Source of the DNA: an uncultured Candidatus Saccharibacteria bacterium
GTDB lineage: Bacteria; Patescibacteriota; Saccharimonadia; Saccharimonadales; CAZICT01
Direction of reading: 5' to 3'
NCBI GenBank assembly: GCA_964537935.1
Contig: CAZICT010000003.1
Coordinates: forward strand, 2,013-66,012
DNA length: 64,000 nucleotides
Position numbers and translations under genes: made by a program. The notes beneath the pieces are model-generated. The model ran no database searches, was not told the origin of the DNA, and saw only the letters and a list, made by a program, of their open reading frames with translations. The first letter of the stretch is position 1, and every line of letters starts with the position of its first letter. This document shows, one piece after another, positions 57,511-64,000 of this stretch.

Positions 57511-58889
57511 TGTTTCGATTATTGCGAAACAACAGTAAAGCTCTTTGTGTCGTGGCGTGTGCCGCGGTTATGGCGAATTTATTTTGGAATGGTAGCCTTA
57601 CGGCTCAGACGCCAGTTAGACTGACAGTGCCGGATACAGCCGTACGCATCAGTGGTTTTGCGGCTCCTAAGGCGCTTGTGACCGCCAAGCGTGATGGAAC
57701 GGTAGTCGGTTCTGTTACCGCCAATAGCCAGGGAGGTTTTGAGTTCGTGTTCGGTTCGCAAACACCCGGAATCTACAACTACAGTGTTTTTTATGAGCAC
57801 CTTAATGGTTTGCGTTCAGTTGAAGAAACGATGTCGGTAAGCGTACAAAACAAACAAACCACCGACATCAGGATTTATTTGCGACCGCTTGTTTTACCTC
57901 TTTTGGACGACGAAGTCGTTCAGGGCGGCATTTTACAAGTGCGCGGTCACACTGCGGCTGGTGGAAAAGTCGTTTTAACTATAGACGAAAACAAGCAGGA
58001 GCTGTCAGCGACTGCCGATTCAAGCGGGTTCTATGAGTTTTTGATTGATACCAAAAACTTGAATACCGGACGGTACCATTTCAAAATAACCGCAACCAAA
58101 GATGGGCTATCAAGCGACCGAACGTCACCGGTTTCTTTTACGGTTCATGCCAGCAACAGTACTGATGCCGATCCGACAGACGATGTGACTGTCCAGCCGG
58201 AACAACTGCCGCCGCCAACAGTTTCTTCACCTCAGGACGGAGAGACGATTGAGGGTAAAAGCGTCACGATTTATGGACGTTCCTCTCCCGGTTCGCAAGT
58301 TAATATTTATACCGATGACAATCTGATAGCCTCGGTCCTGACCGGCGAAGACGGTTCGTGGAACTACAACTACACCGCCAATACTCCTAAGGTCTCTTTC
58401 TCTTTCTCAGCGTGCATCGAAAGCCGATGTAGCATTATTACAAGAAGCATCACAGTTTCTTTCGCTGTTCCCGATTCATGCTCAGTAGAGCTTGAGCTGA
58501 GTGCGCTTAGGTTTTGGGATATTGCAGCCGGCAGCCAAATAGAGCTGGAGGTTATCAGGGCCTCAGGCAACGGCGAGTTCACCATAGATTGGGGCAACGA
58601 CAGCACTGAAACATATTCACATGATGGAAAGTTACCCCGTGTCTTTAGGGGCCGCTACGACTTTCCCGGCTTATACCAGGGAAAAATTACATACCGGCAA
58701 TATTCGACAGCTACCACCAGAGCTTGCAGTGCGGAGCGTGTATTCAGTATCAATGTTCGAAACGAGCTTAGTAAAAGCGATTTTAGCCCTGCTTTGCGAG
58801 TCGGCATATTCAGCCTGGCGCTAGTAAGTGTTTCCGGTGCGCTATGGTTCACCCGCAGCAAGTGGCTGGCTTTACTGTTACGAAAATAA
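57510..58889 (+). CDS. Ig-like repeat surface protein with C-terminal TM anchor
   Basis: Signal peptide. Repeated beta-sandwich segments (VRISGFAAP..VTA, LQVRGHTAAGGKVVLT, ETIEGKSVTIYGRSSPGSQVNIY). Its GTG start overlaps the upstream stop. Confidence 0.5.
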   Translation: MFRLLRNNSKALCVVACAAVMANLFWNGSLTAQTPVRLTVPDTAVRISGFAAPKALVTAKRDGTVVGSVTANSQGGFEFVFGSQTPGIYNYSVFYEHLNGLRSVEETMSVSVQNKQTTDIRIYLRPLVLPLLDDEVVQGGILQVRGHTAAGGKVVLTIDENKQELSATADSSGFYEFLIDTKNLNTGRYHFKITATKDGLSSDRTSPVSFTVHASNSTDADPTDDVTVQPEQLPPPTVSSPQDGETIEGKSVTIYGRSSPGSQVNIYTDDNLIASVLTGEDGSWNYNYTANTPKVSFSFSACIESRCSIITRSITVSFAVPDSCSVELELSALRFWDIAAGSQIELEVIRASGNGEFTIDWGNDSTETYSHDGKLPRVFRGRYDFPGLYQGKITYRQYSTATTRACSAERVFSINVRNELSKSDFSPALRVGIFSLALVSVSGALWFTRSKWLALLLRK

Positions 58890-58931
58890 TTGCTTTGTCT
58901 TCTTAGCCACTAGAACTGCTAAGATAGATAT

Positions 58932-59720
58932 ATGAGAATTCTTTATGTCGGCGATATTATGGGGCGGCCGGGAATTGATACCGTCGCTCAGATTTTACCG
59001 GAAATGCGGTCGCTTCACGAACCTGACTTGATAATTGCCCAAGCCGAAAACGTAACCGAGGGTAGGGGTATGTCAGGTGAAGATATGCAAGAGCTGCAGA
59101 GTCTTGGGATTGATTGCTTTACCGGCGGCAACTGGAGCACGTTCCGGGACGGCGTATTGAACGATACCGATCCGGTAACGCGTCCGGCCAATTATACGAC
59201 TGAAACTCCCGGGAAAGGTTACCGTTATATCGGAACGTCCCTAGGAGAGGTGCTGGTAATCAGTTTGCTTGGAAAGATCGTTGGCAAAGATGCGGATAAG
59301 ATTATTAAAAATCCGCTGCAAACTATCGATGAGATTCTGGAAAAAGAGAACGACCGTAAAAAAATTGCTACCGTGGTTAATTTTCACGGTGACTACAGTA
59401 GTGAAAAGCGAATAATCGGCTACTATCTGGACGGCAGGGTGTCTGCGGTAATCGGCGATCATTGGCATGTGCCAACAGCTGATGCCATGGTTCTGCCAAA
59501 GGGTACGGCTCATATTACAGATGTAGGAATGTGTGGCAGCTTGCACTCAAGCTTGGGAGTGAAGCTTGAGAGCGTAATTCCCAGGTGGCAAAAGGGAAAG
59601 ACGACCAGAAACGTCATTGAAGACGCAAAACCTTATCAATTTAATGCAGTGCTGGTCGAAATAGACAAAACTAGCGGCCTAGCCAGCAATATTACTCATA
59701 TTCAAAAAATAATAAGTTAG
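58932..59720 (+). CDS. ymdB: YmdB-like metallophosphoesterase (2',3'-cyclic-nucleotide phosphodiesterase family)
   Basis: MRILYVGDIMGRPG, AENVTEGRG, GNW, HWHVPTAD motifs of TIGR00282-type proteins. Confidence 0.9.
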   Translation: MRILYVGDIMGRPGIDTVAQILPEMRSLHEPDLIIAQAENVTEGRGMSGEDMQELQSLGIDCFTGGNWSTFRDGVLNDTDPVTRPANYTTETPGKGYRYIGTSLGEVLVISLLGKIVGKDADKIIKNPLQTIDEILEKENDRKKIATVVNFHGDYSSEKRIIGYYLDGRVSAVIGDHWHVPTADAMVLPKGTAHITDVGMCGSLHSSLGVKLESVIPRWQKGKTTRNVIEDAKPYQFNAVLVEIDKTSGLASNITHIQKIIS

Positions 59721-59768
59721 TTATTTTTAAGCTGCGCTTCAGTCTGCCACAAGTACCAATCCAGCAGC

Positions 59769-59803
59769 AGACTCGGAGTTGAATCGGAGTCGACTCCGAG
59801 TCT
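59769..59803. repeat. short palindromic repeat made of three ACTCSGAGT-type units
   Basis: agACTCGGAGTtgaATCGGAGTcgACTCCGAGTct. Same unit family as 1169-1205. Confidence 0.6.
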
Positions 59804-59901
59804 TGTGATAATAGGCATATAATTATGGACTGACATCCCAGGATTATAAATTAACCCGGACAGAGGTTTTAAAGCTTGTTTATGATATGTGGCTGATAAG
59901 T

Positions 59902-60090
59902 TTATATATCCTGACGGCCACGGAATCCTACAAAGGCGATAAATACGCTCGCGACCATATTGAAGATGACAATTTTTATTACTGGCAGTTCACTTTCTAT
60001 TGCCAGCAGCGCCGCGCTACCAAGCCAAACCGTCACAATCACTCCAGCTGTGTAAGGATATTTAATAAACAGCAAAAATTCCTTAAGCAT
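59902..60090 (-). CDS. small two-TM membrane protein, translationally coupled to the ABC1 kinase gene
   Basis: Its ATG lies inside GATGCTTAA, which overlaps the stop of the upstream gene. Confidence 0.5.
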   Translation of the reverse strand: MLKEFLLFIKYPYTAGVIVTVWLGSAALLAIESELPVIKIVIFNMVASVFIAFVGFRGRQDI

Positions 60091-61624
60091 CGTTGGCTCC
60101 CTTAATATCCATTACTTTATTACCTCTGGCCTTATTGAGCAACTGTTGGAATAGCTTCGGGTCACGTTCGGCTACCCGCTCCAGCCAGTTGCTGACGGTG
60201 TCAATCGCGTCCGATATGCTCATGGAATCTTCACTATTGCCGTGCATAAGCTCCGGGTGTTCCTGGCGTACCTGCTCGACAACACGTCGTAACACTTTAG
60301 GTAGTACGACACTTTGACGGCCCAACGCTTCTACCAGCGTCATGTAGGTTTGGGCGGCTCTTATAATTTCCGAAGCCTCAAGCTTCATAACCAACCCGAA
60401 ACGATTATCTTTATTGACCATGCGATTTATGACTTGCAGGATTCGTCCGTCTTTAACCAGCGAATTAATATTTCGTGTCCCCACAGCCTCGCTTAGTGCC
60501 GCCTGGGCAATTTGCCCGATTTCAGCTGTAAAATTAGTCTGCATACTCCTTTCGCCCGGCACAAAATTACTTAGCTTACGAAGAGCCCGGTAAAGGTCGC
60601 TTGCAAAAAAGCGCATAAATTGTTCGAAAATACGAACAATACTGTTACTGTCCTGGTAGAATTCGCTCCACCCTTCCAGTAGTCCGAAAAAAGCTGCTTT
60701 GTTATATGGAGTGGACGCGGATATGCCAAAGTCAATTACACCCACGCGGTTTTCTGTCATAAGCCTGATGTTCCCTGGGTGCGGATCGCCCTGAATCCTT
60801 GGCAAATTAAAAATACCGTTGATAGCCTCAAACCCGAGAGTTTCTAGTTGCGTGTCGAGGTCAGAACCAAGTTTTTCAGCCACATAGGCCACCGGTTCAA
60901 TGCCCTGCTCCTGCAATTTAACTATCTGAGCCACCGAAATGCCTTCGATGTATTCCTGAACAATGATGTTAGGAGTGCACAGGTCTATAAAAGTTTCCGG
61001 AATAACGAGTTTCGGGTTGTTTTTGTAGTATTGATATAGCTCGTTAGCGAATTCGGCTTCGGCTACGTAGTCAGTCTCTCGTAATGTGGACGAAACAAAT
61101 TCTCTTATGGCCTGATTGATGTCCATGTCCATATTCGACATCATGTGTCCGTAAAATCGTTTAGTGAACGCGCTGAGTAACTTCAGGTCATAACGCAGCA
61201 GTTCGCGCACCATAGGACGTAACACTTTGACGACTATCGGCTTGCCGCTTACATGGGTGCCGTAATAGACCTGGCCAAAACTGCCAGCCGCAAATGGCTC
61301 AGGGTTTATGCCAGTGATTTCACTTAACTTTTCTGGCGGTAGCTCGTGGCGCAAAATTGCGACCACATCTAAGGGTTCGCTGTCTAAGTTTTCAAAAATC
61401 TTCAGACGCTCTGGATTGTGCCAGCGACGCATTATTTCACTTTTAAGCAACACACCCTGAAGAAATTTTATGTACACACCACCCATTTTCATAAACTCTT
61501 CACAAACGTAGCCGTACATCCGGCCATCGTTGTATTTACGATTTAAATAATAAGCCCTGGTGATCATGCGGGCTAACCTGGCTGTGCGCTTGCGTTTGAT
61601 GGCTGCCACACTCTGCGGCCGCAT
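60083..61624 (-). CDS. ABC1/UbiB-family atypical protein kinase
   Basis: FAAGSFGQVYYG..VVKVLRP, GDPHPGNIRL and IDFG motifs. Confidence 0.9.
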   Translation of the reverse strand: MRPQSVAAIKRKRTARLARMITRAYYLNRKYNDGRMYGYVCEEFMKMGGVYIKFLQGVLLKSEIMRRWHNPERLKIFENLDSEPLDVVAILRHELPPEKLSEITGINPEPFAAGSFGQVYYGTHVSGKPIVVKVLRPMVRELLRYDLKLLSAFTKRFYGHMMSNMDMDINQAIREFVSSTLRETDYVAEAEFANELYQYYKNNPKLVIPETFIDLCTPNIIVQEYIEGISVAQIVKLQEQGIEPVAYVAEKLGSDLDTQLETLGFEAINGIFNLPRIQGDPHPGNIRLMTENRVGVIDFGISASTPYNKAAFFGLLEGWSEFYQDSNSIVRIFEQFMRFFASDLYRALRKLSNFVPGERSMQTNFTAEIGQIAQAALSEAVGTRNINSLVKDGRILQVINRMVNKDNRFGLVMKLEASEIIRAAQTYMTLVEALGRQSVVLPKVLRRVVEQVRQEHPELMHGNSEDSMSISDAIDTVSNWLERVAERDPKLFQQLLNKARGNKVMDIKGANDA

Positions 61625-61818
61625 TATTTCCTGCCAAATCCGATTAAGAACAGAACGATTGTAGAAACCATGACCACCAGGTAAAGTTGAAACACTTCAG
61701 TGGCGTCTGTACGTGTCAATGCAATCAGGATAATTGCGACCCATATCAATAGGATCGTAAAGAAGATTGACACATATTTCATATGCTTATTATAACATGA
61801 AATCAGTACACGGGCCAT
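61624..61818 (-). CDS. small two-TM membrane protein upstream of the ABC1 kinase
   Basis: Its stop overlaps the kinase start (TAATG). The likely true start is MKYVSIFF at 61782. Confidence 0.5.
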   Translation of the reverse strand: MARVLISCYNKHMKYVSIFFTILLIWVAIILIALTRTDATEVFQLYLVVMVSTIVLFLIGFGRK

Positions 61819-61845
61819 TATTTGTAGCGAAAAAACAGGGAATTA

Positions 61846-61853
61846 TGTATAAT
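61846..61853 (+). promoter_or_regulatory. extended -10 promoter (TGTATAAT) upstream of the tRNA-Pro locus
   Basis: tgTATAAT lies 27 nt before the tRNA-like 5' end at 61881. Confidence 0.55.
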
Positions 61854-61880
61854 GTTCCTCTGTCGTACAGATTAATTTAC

Positions 61881-62029
61881 CGGGGATTGGCGCAGTTGGC
61901 TAGCGCGCTTAGGTCTTTGGACCGCGAGGTCGGAGGTGAAAACAGCCTGTGGCTGTTTGCAAGGAAGCCTTCCGATGCCAACTGGTTGGCAATTGTGAAG
62001 CTTCGGGGTCGCGGAACGTGACCGAGTCC
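61881..62029 (+). ncRNA. tRNA-Pro 5' copy (defective anticodon arm) fused at the T-loop to a four-helix element of about 86 nt (unclassified structured RNA)
   Basis: 61881-61910 and 61919-61937 are identical to tRNA-Pro. The insert at 61938-62022 starts at the same T-loop position as 30408-30493. Only CGAGTCC of the tRNA follows. Confidence 0.6.
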
Positions 62030-62064
62030 GTAGGAGTCGAACCTTTATAGTAGAATGTTGATAT

Positions 62065-62141
62065 CGGGGATTGGCGCAGTTGGCTAGCGCGCGCGGTTTG
62101 GGACCGCGAGGTCGGAGGTTCGAGTCCTCTATCCCCGACCA
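62065..62141 (+). tRNA. tRNA-Pro(UGG), CCA encoded
   Basis: CGGGGATTGGCGCAGTTGGCTAGCGCGCGCGGTTTGGGACCGCGAGGTCGGAGGTTCGAGTCCTCTATCCCCGACCA folds as a cloverleaf. Confidence 0.96.
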
Positions 62142-63769
62142 CGATCGAAATCATTCGATATTAAGAACCCTTTCCAGGGTTCTTTTAATTTGAAATCAAC
62201 TTTGTACCCCTGTTTTTTGTCCTTGAGCGGGGCAGTAATAGTGAAGTTCGAGAAAAAGTTTTTTAATACGTTGTTCATTAGCTCAATATCATGTATTTGC
62301 GGGATTGTAACAGATGCATTTCCAATAAGTTCGAGATATTTCTCATAAGTTATTACCGAGCCTTTTAGTGCTTTCCTCCGGTCAGTTGCTTTCTTGAATT
62401 GGTTTTCTAACTTCTTCAGCTCTTTCTGCATTGCATCCAGATCATAGTGTTGCTTCATGCTAGGATCATTGGCCACTAAGTTCTTAGCATTTTCATATTT
62501 TTCCTCTTTAGTGGCGATAACCTTCATGAGTTCAGCAATCTGTGAAGAGAGTTTTCGTGCGCGTTTCTTGTTAGTCTCTTCAACACGCTTAACATGTTCC
62601 TTGTAGTTTGACCGAGTTGTAAAGCGGTACTTGTTAAAGAAGTCTATTACTTCATTCAGGACCACCTTTGCACGAATGCTCTTGTTTTTGAACGGACAAG
62701 TGAATGTCTCGCATTTGTAATAGTAGTAATACTTAGTTCCGGGCTTCAGTTTCTTAGATGTTATCCCTGAAGCAAATGGTTTTCCGCAGTGACCACAGTC
62801 AATCATACCTCTTAAAAGCATGGCTCTCGTGGTTCTTGGGTTTTTAACCAGCATAGAGGACTCCAGGCGACCTGATTTGAAGCTAGACACCCTATTTATC
62901 TTCATGAAGTCTTCAACGGTCACAGCAGGCTCAAAATCATAATAATCGTGCAAATTGACCGTATGTTTCCCGTACTTTAGTACTCCGGCGTAGGTAGGGT
63001 CCTTCAAGAGTTTTGAAATAGCATCTTTATCCCATTTGAACCGTATGTGTTCTTTTCTATATGGCTTCACCGTGTAAGTAGTTGTGTTTAGCCATTTTGC
63101 TATATCAGCTTGTGTCTCCTTATTAAGCCGTTCTTCGAAAACACGTTTTATTAAAATGAAGTTCTCACCATCAGGTTGCAGCCTCCGTTGTTCATCAATA
63201 TAGTATCCATGTTTCTTTTTACCTAGGAATTGACCGCTTTCAGTGATCCTTTTATTGCCTCTTGTTACAGACTCGCTCAAATGCTCAGAGTATTGCTTAG
63301 AGAGAACGAAGGATATGCCTAATGTCATTTTTCCAGTAGGTGTATTTTCGAAAGAACTTGTAGCAAACTGGAGATCCTTGATAATGCCTTTATCCAGAAG
63401 GTCAATGATCTCTCCGGCCTCTTTCATATTTCGAGAGAGTCTATCAGGATGCCAGGAGAGGATTGCGTCAGCTTTACCATCAATGATTTCTTTAATGACG
63501 CTCCTAAACTCAGGACGCGTCTCCGATTGTTTTGCGGAGGCCTTTTCTTTAACGACTTTTACGATGTTAAGAGATCGAGGATTTGCTATCCGTTCCATAC
63601 ACTCCTTAATTTGATCAGGTATGGACCTCTCTTGACGCTCCTCGTCATAGGTAGATTTCCTAGCGTATAAAATGTATCGGAGGTTAGTGACGTCAATTTC
63701 AGAAGGACTATCATCTTGAAGACTACCTTGAAGTAGTTCGTGAAGCTCTTTAGGGTTGCTGGGTAGCAT
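62129..63769 (-). CDS. large serine recombinase (resolvase catalytic domain + recombinase domain + zinc-ribbon/coiled-coil)
   Basis: YILYARKSTYDEERQERSIPDQ (catalytic Ser), ILSWHPDRLSRN, Cys cluster CGHCGKPF...YYYKCETFTCPF. The last four codons overlap the tRNA-Pro 3' end. Confidence 0.9.
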   Translation of the reverse strand: MLPSNPKELHELLQGSLQDDSPSEIDVTNLRYILYARKSTYDEERQERSIPDQIKECMERIANPRSLNIVKVVKEKASAKQSETRPEFRSVIKEIIDGKADAILSWHPDRLSRNMKEAGEIIDLLDKGIIKDLQFATSSFENTPTGKMTLGISFVLSKQYSEHLSESVTRGNKRITESGQFLGKKKHGYYIDEQRRLQPDGENFILIKRVFEERLNKETQADIAKWLNTTTYTVKPYRKEHIRFKWDKDAISKLLKDPTYAGVLKYGKHTVNLHDYYDFEPAVTVEDFMKINRVSSFKSGRLESSMLVKNPRTTRAMLLRGMIDCGHCGKPFASGITSKKLKPGTKYYYYYKCETFTCPFKNKSIRAKVVLNEVIDFFNKYRFTTRSNYKEHVKRVEETNKKRARKLSSQIAELMKVIATKEEKYENAKNLVANDPSMKQHYDLDAMQKELKKLENQFKKATDRRKALKGSVITYEKYLELIGNASVTIPQIHDIELMNNVLKNFFSNFTITAPLKDKKQGYKVDFKLKEPWKGFLISNDFDRGRG

Positions 63770-63926
63770 GAGTCCAGCTTACCAAAGTTCGAGAGCTTTT
63801 ACGTAAAAGAAATTAAAGGAAAACTTTTCTACCAGAAGAGTCGAAGACATACATTTCTTCAGTAGTAGATTGCTTGGTTTTCTTTTTAGGCATAGATATA
63901 GAGTAGCTTTTCTGGTCATCCCCGAC
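62131..63926 (-). mobile_element. putative minimal integrative element (recombinase only) in the tRNA-Pro 3' end
   Basis: 9-bp direct repeat ATCCCCGAC at 62131-62139 (in the tRNA) and 63918-63926. The interior looks AT-richer by eye and holds only the recombinase gene plus about 150 bp. Confidence 0.4.
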
Positions 63927-64000
63927 AATAATTTTTTCTGTATATAGAAGGACGGTAGTTAGTCAGGTCGTCGGGCGCCGTCGATGATTGTAGCTAAGGG

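Noticed and set aside
61938-62023. Group I/II intron, hammerhead or twister ribozyme, or DGR template/variable repeat as the explanation for the paired ~86-nt elements
   Set aside because: It is too short for group I or II introns. I see no CUGANGA...GAAA hammerhead core or twister-type conserved blocks. Differences between the copies are not adenine-specific and no reverse transcriptase is nearby. The element is therefore left unclassified rather than forced into these families.
63813-63893. 26-aa minus-strand ORF (MPKKKTKQSTTEEMYVFDSSGRKVFL) upstream of the recombinase as a possible excisionase/RDF
   Set aside because: It is too short and has no HTH-like pattern or convincing RBS. I kept it only as part of the putative element's non-coding leader.
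1-64000. CRISPR arrays and rRNA genes
   Set aside because: I noticed no regularly spaced direct repeats with unique spacers and no 16S/23S/5S-like conserved blocks in any intergenic region. The only repeats are the short palindromic units, the tRNA-derived duplications and the intragenic protein repeats.

Overview
Gene-dense 64-kb chromosomal window that reads cleanly with the standard code (long ORFs, no sign of UGA recoding). By inference from gene content only, it fits a small-genome CPR/Patescibacteria organism, possibly Saccharibacteria-like: reduced housekeeping set, Gram-positive-style type IV pilus plus ComEC, many tiny membrane proteins, giant surface proteins, tRNAs with encoded CCA. 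Layout: (1) 109-10400 is an accessory-looking mix: C39-like ORF, orphan pilin-like ORF, Rnk-like factor, NOX/ferric-reductase-type flavocytochrome, Zn-deaminase-like protein, FMN reductase, MauE-like protein, DUF2207, GltS and an RRM RNA-binding protein. (2) 11283-24204 is core: tRNA(CAU), VKOR, tilS, ftsH, murJ, lepA and a CIRCE-controlled hrcA-grpE-dnaK-(unknown ORF)-dnaJ cluster. (3) 24282-29970 holds membrane proteins and a RimB-like/RimK/DUF192 trio. (4) 30126-30514 is a tRNA-Lys locus with tRNA-derived fragments. (5) 30615-44490 holds comEC, yebC-ruvCAB, a minus-strand type IV pilus operon (pilB-pilC-pilA-pilM-pilN-pilO), recA and recX. (6) 44473-50551 holds a PRC-barrel protein, a lamin-tail-domain protein, tsaE, tsaB, a cysteine-less sortase-like protein, rny and a Nudix hydrolase. 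(7) 50617-58889 is a surface-protein island between rny and ymdB. (8) 59902-64000 holds an ABC1/UbiB kinase operon, a tRNA-Pro locus and a large serine recombinase. No rRNA gene or CRISPR array was seen. The most unusual signal is a structured element of about 86 nt, present twice (30408-30494 and 61938-62023). Each copy interrupts the T-loop of a partial tRNA copy at the same nucleotide, next to the matching intact tRNA, and four helices are preserved between the copies by compensatory changes. The tRNA-Pro locus also carries a possible minimal recombinase-only integrative element bounded by a 9-bp direct repeat.
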